From: an uncultured virus (IMG/VR IMGVR_UViG_3300021599_002354)
Taxonomy: Duplodnaviria > Heunggongvirae > Uroviricota > Caudoviricetes
Direction: 5' to 3' (one strand)
Virus record (IMG/VR): IMGVR_UViG_3300021599_002354
DNA: 64,000 nucleotides
Positions 28,722 through 39,050 of this stretch are shown piece by piece. The stretch's first letter is position 1, and each line of letters opens with the position of its first letter. The notes under the pieces are model-generated. The model was not told the origin of the DNA, searched no databases, and saw nothing but the letters and a program-made list of their open reading frames with translations. Made by a program: the position numbers and the translations under genes.

Positions 28722-29347
28722 TAAAAAATTTAGACCAGTATCCAATAGTATCGGATGCAAAATACACAAAACAAGATCTAATTGATTTTGAAAGAAAAAT
28801 GGCTGACTTTTGGGAATCAGGAAAAGTTAGAGGGCCAATTCATTTGAGTGGTGGAAATGAAGAACAACTGATTGAAATTGGTAAAAGAATTAAACCATCA
28901 GATTGGGTCTTTTCTACATGGAGATCACATTATCATGCATTAATTAAAGGTGTGTGTCCTGTTTGGTTAGAAGAAGAAATTTTAGCAGGAAGATCAATCA
29001 CAATAGTAAGTAAAGAAGATAAATTTTATGCATCCGCAATTGTTGGTGCAATAATACCTATTGCCGTTGGTGTTGCGATGGCAAATAAAAAGAGTGGTAA
29101 TAACGATATTGTTTGGTGTTTTATTGGAGATATGGCATTTGAAACAGGTGGTTTTATGGAAAATTATAAGTATGCAAAAAACTTTGATTTACCAATTAGA
29201 TTTGTTGTCGAAGATAATGGGGTTTCAACCAATACTCCAACAATTGAAACGTGGAAAGTAAAAAGTGAACCACCGAGTGATGTCATTTGGTATGAATATG
29301 ATAAAGTTTGGCCACATTATGGAACAGGTAAATGGGTAATATTTTAA
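28718..29347 (+). CDS. ThDP-dependent enzyme, E1-alpha-like subunit (minimal)
   Basis: HLSGGNE, WRSHYH, SAIVG, IGDMA...VEDN. Confidence 0.85.
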   Translation: MIKNLDQYPIVSDAKYTKQDLIDFERKMADFWESGKVRGPIHLSGGNEEQLIEIGKRIKPSDWVFSTWRSHYHALIKGVCPVWLEEEILAGRSITIVSKEDKFYASAIVGAIIPIAVGVAMANKKSGNNDIVWCFIGDMAFETGGFMENYKYAKNFDLPIRFVVEDNGVSTNTPTIETWKVKSEPPSDVIWYEYDKVWPHYGTGKWVIF

Positions 29348-29354
29348 ATAAATT

Positions 29355-31073
29355 ATGGGATATTTTTTTAACGTAGTATTAGAAGATCACGATAATCTTA
29401 ATGATGATTATTATATAAACAATAATAAGTTAAATTCTGATCAAAAATTAAATTTAATTCAAAGTGCAATCGGGGAATCTGAAAAAATAAAGTTTAGAGA
29501 GTTTAATATTGATGATCTTTACACATTAAGATCTGAAGTGTCATATTACATTTTTTCAAATTTGAAAAAAATAAAACATGATGATAATGTTTACCATTTC
29601 AATAATTTACCGTTAACTTCAAGATTAAGAACAATTTTACATACTCAAAATAATTTATATGTTATTTTTTTGAAAGATGAGTTATCTGAATTCGATGAAA
29701 GTGATATTAAATTTATTGCAAATAAATCTGATGTAGATTCTAATAGATATATTTTAATAGAAAAAAAAGATTTCAATATCGATCTTATTGTAGAATTGTC
29801 ACTTAAGAGAATTAAAGATACCTTTAATGTTGTTTATGATACTTGGAATGATGATTTAAAAACATTCAAACCAAACTTACAAAATCATAGTGAAAGACAA
29901 GACAGATATCGTTTTGTTGAGGGTATCTTTAGATTTTACGGATATTACAATGATATTAGAAATTGCAACATAAAAGAAGTTGAAATTAATAGAAATGAAA
30001 ATTTTTATTATTTTATTAACTGTGATATAATGCCAGAAGAATTTAAAACATCTTTTAATATACCAAGTGATATAAAAGAAATTCATAAAAAACATAAAAA
30101 TTTTAACATCGTTCTATTGAATGAGCACGAATTCGAGACAAAAGAATTCATACAACATCTTGATAATATTTTAAAATCAGATGGTATTGAAACTAACAGA
30201 ATTTATTTGTGGAATAATAACTCCAAACTGGAGGAATATAAAAATGAAGTGGGTACTGAGATAAATATTTATTCATTAGAATTTTTAGTAAAATTTATAT
30301 CTGACCACATGATTAACTTTAACAGAGAACCAAATCTAATTACAGATAAAAATGGTGATCTGTTTTTGTGTCATAATAGAGGACCTAAACCACATAGGTA
30401 CGGATTGTTGTGTACTTTGAAAAAGAATGGAATTTTGAATGATACTGATTGGTCATTAGTACTTGGTTGGTATAAAAAGGAAATGATTTCAGCAAGAGAT
30501 GAAAAAATATTTTACAGTCCAATATTTGATAATGATGATTATAATCATTACATGAATGAAATTGAATATTTTAGAGATATCGATATTAAAAAAAGTAAAT
30601 TTGAGGAAGATAAAGATTGGTTCAATCAAACAAATGATGGTAGGCATATAGAATGGAAAAATGTTTATCAAATTTTAACTTATGAAAAAACATATATAAA
30701 CATAGTCACAGAATCGTGTTATGAAAAAAAAGAAATACATATTACTGAAAAATCAGTAAAACCATTCTATTTTTATCAATTACCAATTTTTCTTTCTTCT
30801 TACAACCATGTAAAATACTTGAAAACAAGATTTGGTTTTGATATGTTCGACGATTTAATAAATCACGAATATGATAATGAACCAGATAATAAAAAAAGAT
30901 TTAAAATGTTTGTCCAAGAGATTGAGCGATTGCATAGTAATAAAGAAAATGTGATAAATTTTTACAAACAAAACACTGATAGATTAATAGAAAATCATAA
31001 AAAGGTGATTGATCTATATAATTCCAAAAAAGACATAGAATATTTTAACAGTTTAATTAATAAAAATTTATGA
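29355..31073 (+). CDS. 'SEK(T/S)'-family putative glycosyltransferase-like protein with a duplicated N-terminal region
   Basis: FLCHNR.PKPHR, NIVTES, ITEKSVKPF..QLP; FNVV occurs twice. Confidence 0.55.
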   Translation: MGYFFNVVLEDHDNLNDDYYINNNKLNSDQKLNLIQSAIGESEKIKFREFNIDDLYTLRSEVSYYIFSNLKKIKHDDNVYHFNNLPLTSRLRTILHTQNNLYVIFLKDELSEFDESDIKFIANKSDVDSNRYILIEKKDFNIDLIVELSLKRIKDTFNVVYDTWNDDLKTFKPNLQNHSERQDRYRFVEGIFRFYGYYNDIRNCNIKEVEINRNENFYYFINCDIMPEEFKTSFNIPSDIKEIHKKHKNFNIVLLNEHEFETKEFIQHLDNILKSDGIETNRIYLWNNNSKLEEYKNEVGTEINIYSLEFLVKFISDHMINFNREPNLITDKNGDLFLCHNRGPKPHRYGLLCTLKKNGILNDTDWSLVLGWYKKEMISARDEKIFYSPIFDNDDYNHYMNEIEYFRDIDIKKSKFEEDKDWFNQTNDGRHIEWKNVYQILTYEKTYINIVTESCYEKKEIHITEKSVKPFYFYQLPIFLSSYNHVKYLKTRFGFDMFDDLINHEYDNEPDNKKRFKMFVQEIERLHSNKENVINFYKQNTDRLIENHKKVIDLYNSKKDIEYFNSLINKNL

Positions 31074-32038
31074 ATAATAAAAAAATTTTAGTTACAGGAT
31101 GTAACGGGTTAGTTGGTAGTTTTCTTATAAAAAAATTATTAGAAAAATATCAAAATTCTATTGTAATAGGTGTCGATACAAAACCATTACAAATATCATT
31201 AACTAATGATGAAAAAGAAAGATTTATACTTATACAAAGAGATCTTAGATTGGATAATGTAATAAAGGAAATATTTGAAATTCATTCACCAGATTACGTG
31301 TTAAATACGTTTGGTATAAAAGGTTCACCAATAAGAGCAAAAACTAAACCAGTTGATTTTCTATACCCTTCGTTTAAAATTAATACTGAAATTATAGACC
31401 AATGTGCAAAAAGAAACATATGGTTATTATTTGTTAGTTCTGTAGGCGTATATGCACCATCTGAGACCTTTATTGAGGATGATGTATGGAAAACATTACC
31501 ATCCGAAAATGATTGGTTTCCTTCTTGGTCAAAAAGAATGGGTGAATTATTGTTACAAGCATATGAAGTTCAATATGAGTACAAAAGATGGGGTATAATT
31601 AGACCCGCAAATATATTCGGTGACTATGATGACTTTAGTGGAAATGGAACAGTTATTTCATCTACCATTAAGAAAATATGTGAATCGGATACTGAATTGG
31701 TTTGTTGGGGTGACGGGAGCCCAATTAGAGACTTTGTTTATGGTGGTGATGTTGCAGATGCTATTATACAAATGTCCGAAAATGAGATACACGATATTGT
31801 AAATTTTGGATCAGGAGAACAGATCACAATTAAAAATATGGTCGATTCTTTGATAAAAATAAGTGGTAAAAACTTATCAGTTATATGGGACACAACTAAA
31901 CCTAATGGAGATTTAAAAAGACAAATGGATACAACAAAACAAAAAAAATATGAACTACTACCTAAGTTAGGTTTCGAAAGGGCATTATTTAATACATATA
32001 ATCATTATAAATTAAAAAAAGAAAATATATGGACATAG
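31070..32038 (+). CDS. GDP-L-fucose synthase-like SDR epimerase/reductase
   Basis: VTGCNGLVG, RPANIFG, WGDGSPIRDF; catalytic YxxxK replaced by PSWSK. Confidence 0.8.
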   Translation: MNNKKILVTGCNGLVGSFLIKKLLEKYQNSIVIGVDTKPLQISLTNDEKERFILIQRDLRLDNVIKEIFEIHSPDYVLNTFGIKGSPIRAKTKPVDFLYPSFKINTEIIDQCAKRNIWLLFVSSVGVYAPSETFIEDDVWKTLPSENDWFPSWSKRMGELLLQAYEVQYEYKRWGIIRPANIFGDYDDFSGNGTVISSTIKKICESDTELVCWGDGSPIRDFVYGGDVADAIIQMSENEIHDIVNFGSGEQITIKNMVDSLIKISGKNLSVIWDTTKPNGDLKRQMDTTKQKKYELLPKLGFERALFNTYNHYKLKKENIWT

Positions 32039-32817
32039 AAAACTATTTTAAAGAAGGATATTATATAGGTAAAACTGAAGAAATATTTGATGATATCGAA
32101 CTATTCAAAAAATATGCAAAGGAAATTTGTGAAGAAGGTGAGGATATAAATACAAGATTTAGTAAAGGATTTAGATATAGATTTGAATATCCATTTTCTG
32201 AAAAGGACAATGCACCTCATGTTGTCACAAGTTTACAAGAAATCAAAGAAAGGGAAGAACATTTAGAAAAAAATGGATATAAAACCATTCAAAGATGGTG
32301 GGAAAGAGGTTTAAACATGGAGGTGAAAGATAAAGTTTATTCAGATTTTTTTAGGGATTCTGTTGATAAATTCATCACAAAACTTTACCCACAATTAATT
32401 GACAATGCTACACACGGTGACTCAATTACAATATATAGTGACGGCGATTTCTTAGAAAGACACACTGATGGCAGACATGAAGAAAGATATTGTGTTGTTT
32501 TAATTTATCTTTCGGAAAAAAATGATTATATTGATGGTGGTGGTAAATTGATAGTTGGAAAAAATGAAAAAGATTTAAAAGAAGTTATTCCAACAAATGA
32601 TACTTTTGTTATTATGGATTTTACAAAACATGATATAATACATGAAGTAGAGAAAGTTAAAAATGGGTTTCATAGAAATACATACATTACTTTTGTCCAT
32701 AATGAAGAGATGTGGTTTAAAAAACAATTAGACCGTGGAAATGTTAATGTTAATCACCTACAACAATTTAATAAAAGAGCATTTGATAAATTATTTCCTA
32801 AAAACAATATATTATGA
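32029..32817 (+). CDS. 2OG-Fe(II) oxygenase
   Basis: HTDG, LIYLS, GGKL, HEVEKV...R. Confidence 0.75.
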   Translation: MDIENYFKEGYYIGKTEEIFDDIELFKKYAKEICEEGEDINTRFSKGFRYRFEYPFSEKDNAPHVVTSLQEIKEREEHLEKNGYKTIQRWWERGLNMEVKDKVYSDFFRDSVDKFITKLYPQLIDNATHGDSITIYSDGDFLERHTDGRHEERYCVVLIYLSEKNDYIDGGGKLIVGKNEKDLKEVIPTNDTFVIMDFTKHDIIHEVEKVKNGFHRNTYITFVHNEEMWFKKQLDRGNVNVNHLQQFNKRAFDKLFPKNNIL

Positions 32818-33788
32818 TAGATAAAAACGCAAGAATCCTAATAACGGGTGGTTCAGGATTAGTTGGTCAAAATTTAACCGCAAGATTAATAAAAGAAGGA
32901 TATACTAAAATTAGAGTAAACCTACACAAAAGAGGTGTTAGAACAAAACACGAAGGTGTTGAGTACACACAACATGATTTACAAACATATCAAGGTTGTC
33001 GAGAGGCAACTGAAGGTGTTAGTGTAGTATTTCACGCCGCAGCGTCGACATCAAATGCGGTAGATACGGTTGTTGATCCTTTAGCACACGTCACACCAAA
33101 TGTTGCAATGAATAATTTTTTAATTGACGCATCGTGGAGAAATGGTGTTGAACATTATGTATTTATATCATCGAACACGGTGTACCCACCAAAAGGTGAT
33201 GAACCGGTTGTTGAAACGGATTTCTTATTCGATGAACCTTATCCTGTTTACTTCCCTGTTGGTTGGATGAAACGTTATGCGGAGGTTCAGTGTGAGCTGT
33301 ATGCGAAATACTTACCACGAACAATGAAATGTACTGTTATTAGACCAGCAAATTTGTTTGGCCCTCACGATAAGTATGACTTCAATAAGTGTCACGTAAC
33401 ACCAGCAACAATTCGTAAAGTTGCGGATAAGATGAACCCGATTCCTGTGTGGGGTGACGGTAGTGAATTAAGAGATTTATTATACATTGAGGATTTTGTT
33501 GAGGCATTACAAGTTGTTATGGAAAAAGAAACAGAAATGTTTCAAGTATATAACGTAGGGTCCAATGAAGTACATTCTGTAAACGAAGTGTTAGATTTGA
33601 TGAAACACATTGTAGATTATAACGCACCAACTGAATATATTCAAGGTAAACCATCTATGATTCCTACAAGGAAAATTGATTCAAATAAAATTAAAAATAA
33701 CTTAGGTTGGGAAGCTAAGACATCATTATCTGAAGGTCTTTCATTATCCTACAATTGGTATAATCAACATAAAAACGAATTTAACTAA
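32814..33788 (+). CDS. GDP-L-fucose synthase-like SDR epimerase/reductase
   Basis: ITGGSGLVG, RPANLFGPHD, HVTPA, WGDGSELRDL; YxxxK replaced by VGWMK. Confidence 0.82.
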   Translation: MIDKNARILITGGSGLVGQNLTARLIKEGYTKIRVNLHKRGVRTKHEGVEYTQHDLQTYQGCREATEGVSVVFHAAASTSNAVDTVVDPLAHVTPNVAMNNFLIDASWRNGVEHYVFISSNTVYPPKGDEPVVETDFLFDEPYPVYFPVGWMKRYAEVQCELYAKYLPRTMKCTVIRPANLFGPHDKYDFNKCHVTPATIRKVADKMNPIPVWGDGSELRDLLYIEDFVEALQVVMEKETEMFQVYNVGSNEVHSVNEVLDLMKHIVDYNAPTEYIQGKPSMIPTRKIDSNKIKNNLGWEAKTSLSEGLSLSYNWYNQHKNEFN

Positions 33789-33789
33789 A

Positions 33790-34614
33790 ATGAAAGGTAT
33801 TTTATTTGGTGGTTGTTCTTTTACTTGGGGTCAGGGTTTGTACTATTATAGTGATTTAAATAGATTAGTTAGACCTGAAAATGAATATACATATAACAAG
33901 GATAAGATTACAGATGCACATATAAAATTTAAAGACACAATAAGATATCCAAGATTAGTTGCAAATCATTTTAAGACTTTCGAAGTTTTTAAAAATGTTA
34001 ATGGGGGATCTGAAGATGAAACATTTGATTTCTTTGAGAATATACTCACTGACCCCAACAGAAGAAAATATTTGACACATTTTTCTTATGATAGATATGA
34101 TTATGACGACTTTGATTTTATTATTATACAATTGTCTCAAATGCATCGAAATCGTTTTTACTATGAGTTAGATGGTAAAACTATTTGGTCAAACGCATCT
34201 CCTTCGGCAGATCATCAAGATGTGTCAAAACTACTCAAATGGATGGAAATTAATAACAAATCAACCGAAGATTGGGGGAGTGATCTTAGAAATCAACAAA
34301 TAGAAAGACTCATAAAACAATTAAAATTCTATGAAGATAAAGGTATAAAAACAATTATCTTTCCTTGGGAAAATGAAATGTTGGAATCTTTAAAGTCTAT
34401 TGAATACTTAAGTTCAAAAATGGTTCCTCTTGTGTATAATAACGAAACTTTCGATAGTATTTCTCTGTTACAAGAAAAATATAACATGATGAAAATAAAA
34501 TATGATTATAGTTTTTTTGGAAGTGAACCACCAGAAGATCATCATCCATCAAAATTATGTCATGAAGTTATGGCAAATAGTATAATAAAACATATAGAAA
34601 ATAAATTTTTATGA
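33790..34614 (+). CDS. SGNH/GDSL-like protein
   Basis: GGCSFTWG, NGGS, DHHPS..CH. Confidence 0.65.
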   Translation: MKGILFGGCSFTWGQGLYYYSDLNRLVRPENEYTYNKDKITDAHIKFKDTIRYPRLVANHFKTFEVFKNVNGGSEDETFDFFENILTDPNRRKYLTHFSYDRYDYDDFDFIIIQLSQMHRNRFYYELDGKTIWSNASPSADHQDVSKLLKWMEINNKSTEDWGSDLRNQQIERLIKQLKFYEDKGIKTIIFPWENEMLESLKSIEYLSSKMVPLVYNNETFDSISLLQEKYNMMKIKYDYSFFGSEPPEDHHPSKLCHEVMANSIIKHIENKFL

Positions 34615-35159
34615 GTTCACCACAATATACACCGTATAAAGACGCATTAACAAATGCAATGACCCTTCTTGGGCAAAAAGAAGACACAATTTTTGTTGGT
34701 CAACAAATTGTTTGGCACGGTAATCCAATGAGCACCACAATAGGTAACGTATCTAAAGATAAATTAATCGAACTTCCTGTCATGGAAGAATCACAAATGG
34801 GTATGAGTTTGGGTATGGCAATGGCAGATAAATTTGTCATTACTTTTTATCCTCGATGGGATTTTATTATTTGTGCCACAAATCAATTAGTAAATCATGT
34901 AGATAAAATTGAATTAATGAGTGGTGGAAAATGGTCTCCAAATATGATCATAAGATTAGGTAAAGGTTCAGATAAACCTTTGGATCCAGGTCATCAACAT
35001 AGAGGTAATTACTTAGAAGAATTTAAATCTCTCTGTAAAAACATAAAGTTTCACGATTTAAAAAATTGGGAGGACATTGAAAGTACATACGAATATGCAT
35101 ACAATACAGGTGGTGTACATGTAATTGTTGAGTATCCTGAATTATATTACGAATCTTAA
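34611..35159 (+). CDS. ThDP-dependent enzyme, E1-beta/transketolase pyrimidine-binding domain only
   Basis: ELPVMEESQMG...GMA, NQLVN, GHQH. Confidence 0.82.
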   Translation: MSSPQYTPYKDALTNAMTLLGQKEDTIFVGQQIVWHGNPMSTTIGNVSKDKLIELPVMEESQMGMSLGMAMADKFVITFYPRWDFIICATNQLVNHVDKIELMSGGKWSPNMIIRLGKGSDKPLDPGHQHRGNYLEEFKSLCKNIKFHDLKNWEDIESTYEYAYNTGGVHVIVEYPELYYES

Positions 35160-35581
35160 CCTTCCTGATTCTTTGGCCAACTTACTTCCCAATCTTTAAA
35201 GTCAGCCGCAATGCAATCAATTTTGTAATCTTTTCTACCTCCAAAAACTTCTTGTATTTTGTTTTTTGCGGTGTTTCTAATACCGTTCAATCCATGAGTC
35301 AACGCTAACATACTCGGTCCTTCTTTACCACTTCTAACGTTAGATTCGTTATACCAAATATGTGCGTTCATTTGTGCACAAACTATAATTGCTCTAACCA
35401 TCTCAGCGGTAATTGGTTGATCGGTTTCATTTATAATTAATTGTATATCATGTACAATGTCAGATATTTCTTCCGCATATGCCACCTTATTTTCAGGTAT
35501 TTTACATTCTTTCAATTGTACGATTGATAATCTATCTATTAATTCTGAAATTGTTGGTAAAAATTTTCTTTCTTTCATCAT
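35156..35581 (-). CDS. Hypothetical protein (DUF6165-like)
   Basis: ELIDRLSIVQLK...N..IW..E...N..R..AKN.I. Confidence 0.6.
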   Translation of the reverse strand: MMKERKFLPTISELIDRLSIVQLKECKIPENKVAYAEEISDIVHDIQLIINETDQPITAEMVRAIIVCAQMNAHIWYNESNVRSGKEGPSMLALTHGLNGIRNTAKNKIQEVFGGRKDYKIDCIAADFKDWEVSWPKNQEG

Positions 35582-36855
35582 ATTATTTTTTTTAAATTTA
35601 TATATTTTCTAATTTCTAAATAAGCATCTGGTGGTCTTTCTAATTTACTTATTAATGTATCATAATTGTATTCAATTATTTCACTCATTTCTTTAAACCA
35701 AGAAAGTTTATCTTTAATTTGATTAACTTTTTTTATTGATTCAATTATCATATTTAATCTATCATGTGTCGGTAAAGAATCGTATGATTCATCGATAAAA
35801 CCATCGAATGTTTTATAACCAATTTGTCTCATCATTTTCATACTATCTTTATTACCCATAATCATAAAAGGATGTCTACACGCAATAACTTTAAATGTTT
35901 TTTCACTTAAAAACATAGTTTTGTCTGAATCCCCACAATGAGCTTCACTAATCACAGTCATAAATGTGTCTAAACAAATTTGATCGTTAAATCTATTTAT
36001 GTAAAAATTATCATCTAATTCGTCATTTCTTTTTCCATGAACTAAAAGTGGTAATTCTTTTGAAATTTCTTCTAACTCACCATCTAAAAAATTTTTATTT
36101 TCAAAATTGTACCAATGTATGGGAAATTCATTCATACTAACTAACCCATCTTTTATCAGTCCTGAATGATATAAGTAATAATAGAACCAAACACGATGTG
36201 GTCTTATTCTTTTATTTAGACACGCAAATGTCTTGATTTTATCAATGTTATTTTTTTTATAAATTAAATGATCATCTAAAGTTGGTAATGGATTTGGACT
36301 ATTTTCCTTGTTTCTTCCCCATGCGGTCATTCCCATATCAAGTTCAAAATGTGGATACGGTATAACCTTCATTCTACTTTCAATTTTATTATTGTCTGCC
36401 CAATCTTTATACGTCACATCAGCAATCATATTACCGGTAACATAAATTATTCTACTTGGACAAACATCAAATTCTTTACATTGTTGATGAAAATAATCCC
36501 ATAACCAATTTGTTTGATAACCTTCTAAACTTTGATCCAATAAAAGATATGCATCATTATTTCTTAAATCTGTTATATATTTTTCATTTAGATGAGAGAA
36601 AAAACTTTTAACTCTTGGGTCATAACCTGTCCAATCATCGGGGCTATGGTTCACACCTGATGCAATTATATAGTCTTTAATATCATCATTAACATCAAAA
36701 TAATTTAATTCATCGTAAATATTTTTAGAACTATAATAAATGTATGTTGGTGAGATAATCGGCGCGGTTCCAAATCTACCTATACCCGATTTATTTATAT
36801 CGGTACAATTTATAAAATTCCTTAAATTAAATTTATCTTCAAATATTAAATTCAT
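35578..36855 (-). CDS. 'SEK(T/S)'-family putative glycosyltransferase-like protein
   Basis: FACLNKR.RPHR, VISEA, FLSEKTFK.I...HPF. Confidence 0.55.
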   Translation of the reverse strand: MNLIFEDKFNLRNFINCTDINKSGIGRFGTAPIISPTYIYYSSKNIYDELNYFDVNDDIKDYIIASGVNHSPDDWTGYDPRVKSFFSHLNEKYITDLRNNDAYLLLDQSLEGYQTNWLWDYFHQQCKEFDVCPSRIIYVTGNMIADVTYKDWADNNKIESRMKVIPYPHFELDMGMTAWGRNKENSPNPLPTLDDHLIYKKNNIDKIKTFACLNKRIRPHRVWFYYYLYHSGLIKDGLVSMNEFPIHWYNFENKNFLDGELEEISKELPLLVHGKRNDELDDNFYINRFNDQICLDTFMTVISEAHCGDSDKTMFLSEKTFKVIACRHPFMIMGNKDSMKMMRQIGYKTFDGFIDESYDSLPTHDRLNMIIESIKKVNQIKDKLSWFKEMSEIIEYNYDTLISKLERPPDAYLEIRKYINLKKII

Positions 36856-38303
36856 TAGTTTTTATATTTGTCTTTGTCTGAAACATATACACCTGGTTCA
36901 AAATGTGTTATTTTTCCATCAGTCATAGATACATCCTGTATAGATTTGTCAATTTCTATAGAGTTAAACCAATCAGCTAATTCAGGAAATGTATCTACAA
37001 AACTTTTATTTCTTCTAACATCATACTGCATGTAAAAACTTTTGAAATCATGATATTGAAGTGTATCGTCTGTTTCAGTGGTTATATGTCCTCTATTTAC
37101 AACTTCTATGTAGTCAATCAATCTTTGAATTTGAGCACCTTCATGCATGTTTATTAATGGATTCTTTTTATGTTTTCTCCACCACATAGATAACTTACCA
37201 TGTAATTCGTATTTAATATCGTTTGGTAATGCAAGTGGTGACATAAATGCCGGCCATCTTAATATATTGAAATCCACTATAAGTTTATGTGCTCCGTATT
37301 TTTGTTTTATTTTCAACATGTCGTCAAGAAATTCAGTAATACTAAACAAACACAAACTATTAATTGTCATCATTATCACTAATTGTCTATAGTTTGCCTT
37401 TTCCATAAAAGTTACTATATTATTTCTCCATATCTCATAATTCAATCCATCTCTTATATACTCGGCGTGTGCACCAAATGATTCGTTACTTGTGTATAAA
37501 TCAAATTCTTTTACTTGAACCTCGTGGGTCATGTCAATTAATCTTTGTAACGTATCAGGTTTTAAACCAAGATTTGAGTTTACTGCAAATCTTAAATTTG
37601 GTGATGGGTATTGTTTCATTAATTCAACAAATTGCCAAAAGTTTCTACTCTGAGATGGTTCACCACCTGTAACTCTTATCTCCATTAATTTTTGTGATAG
37701 TTCTGGCCACCATTCTAAAAACGCTTTTACATATGGGTTATTCTCATTGTATTTTCCATATATCTCAGACCATGATCCGTCTGCATAATATGCACCTGCG
37801 CTCGAAGTTTTGAATTTTTGATATGGACCATTGTCTCTTATGTCTTTACCCCAAGTAGTTGAGTATCCTGAATTACAATAGCTACAAGCAAAATTACATG
37901 TCCTATCAAAACTAACTTCAATAGTTCTTGGTGTAATATCGGCATCCCATGGTAACTCTTTTAACTCTGCGATTTCTTCGGGTTTATATATTTGACTCTT
38001 GTATACACGATCAGATATGTTATTTCTTCCAATATCTTCTATTCTCCAACAATATGAACATTCGGCGGGTCTTGTTCCCTCCAACATCATCTTTCTAATT
38101 TCTTTTTTAAATTTAGTATTGTGAAGTGCAGATGGATTTGTTTTAATTTCCTCCAAATCTATAGGGTGTGGTAATGGTAAATGACATGAGTTAGTGAATC
38201 CGTGTCCTAAATGTAAACTTACGTTCAACCATTTAGCAGCACAAAAACTACAACTAACTTTATTTAAATGCTCATCTCTCCAATTTGCTAATTGTTCTGA
38301 CAT
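36855..38303 (-). CDS. Radical SAM enzyme with N-terminal Cys-rich (SPASM/twitch-like) region
   Basis: CNFACSYC, VTGGEP; CSFCAAKW, SCH, ECSYCW. Confidence 0.88.
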   Translation of the reverse strand: MSEQLANWRDEHLNKVSCSFCAAKWLNVSLHLGHGFTNSCHLPLPHPIDLEEIKTNPSALHNTKFKKEIRKMMLEGTRPAECSYCWRIEDIGRNNISDRVYKSQIYKPEEIAELKELPWDADITPRTIEVSFDRTCNFACSYCNSGYSTTWGKDIRDNGPYQKFKTSSAGAYYADGSWSEIYGKYNENNPYVKAFLEWWPELSQKLMEIRVTGGEPSQSRNFWQFVELMKQYPSPNLRFAVNSNLGLKPDTLQRLIDMTHEVQVKEFDLYTSNESFGAHAEYIRDGLNYEIWRNNIVTFMEKANYRQLVIMMTINSLCLFSITEFLDDMLKIKQKYGAHKLIVDFNILRWPAFMSPLALPNDIKYELHGKLSMWWRKHKKNPLINMHEGAQIQRLIDYIEVVNRGHITTETDDTLQYHDFKSFYMQYDVRRNKSFVDTFPELADWFNSIEIDKSIQDVSMTDGKITHFEPGVYVSDKDKYKN

Positions 38304-38306
38304 ATT

Positions 38307-39050
38307 TTAAAATTTTACGTATTGTAATGGTACTTTTTCTAAAAAATTATTGTTTTTTGATTCGTCATATATTATATCTAAATTATTAATAGTTTCAAAA
38401 TCATATAAACAAATAATATCTTCATAATAATATTTGTCAACTAATAAACTTGATTTAGATTCATATAAATCTTTTGCGTCATTAATATCTGAGGTTTTTT
38501 CTATTATGGAAAAATATTTTAAATCCATTTCACCATAATATCTTTGATGTATAACACTACAATCCGGACTGGAACATCCAAAATATAGACCATCAATTTT
38601 ATAATCCTCAATTAATTGTCCTTCAAAAATATAATCATTAATTTCTGCAAAGTTTTTATATAATATAAATTTATTATTCTTTCTTGTGTAGGATAAAACT
38701 ACACCATTTTCCACATCTTCTTTACTTACATCTTTAAAATGTACGTAATTAAAAACATCAACTCCTTCATTATTTGTCGACCAAAATTCTAAAGCAACAT
38801 CATTTGTTTCTGTATTATATGATAACCCCATGTTTTTACCTGGTTTACCAAAAACCATACAAATTTTGTCCTTTTTATAATCTTCTTTGATCATGAATTC
38901 ACATGTTACGATATATTTCTCTCTACTTTGAAAATCATGAATGTTTTGATTTTTCTCCTTATCAAATTTTGTAACATATTGATTATCGTGATGTTCGGAC
39001 AAATCCCAAACATATTTTGCCCAATATGGATGTTTATATTTTATTCTCAT
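38307..39050 (-). CDS. LamG/concanavalin A-like domain protein
   Basis: Similar to the N-terminus of the adjacent radical SAM (GKPGKNMGLSY, EFW, LYFGC). Confidence 0.55.
   Translation of the reverse strand: MRIKYKHPYWAKYVWDLSEHHDNQYVTKFDKEKNQNIHDFQSREKYIVTCEFMIKEDYKKDKICMVFGKPGKNMGLSYNTETNDVALEFWSTNNEGVDVFNYVHFKDVSKEDVENGVVLSYTRKNNKFILYKNFAEINDYIFEGQLIEDYKIDGLYFGCSSPDCSVIHQRYYGEMDLKYFSIIEKTSDINDAKDLYESKSSLLVDKYYYEDIICLYDFETINNLDIIYDESKNNNFLEKVPLQYVKF

Noticed and set aside
28718..35159. Pyruvate dehydrogenase as a central-metabolism auxiliary gene
   Set aside because: Subunits are truncated, E2/E3 are absent and the context is nucleotide-sugar synthesis
27134..35160. Site-specific invertible segment explaining the strand switch
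   Set aside because: No inverted repeats seen at the boundaries and no recombinase in the window
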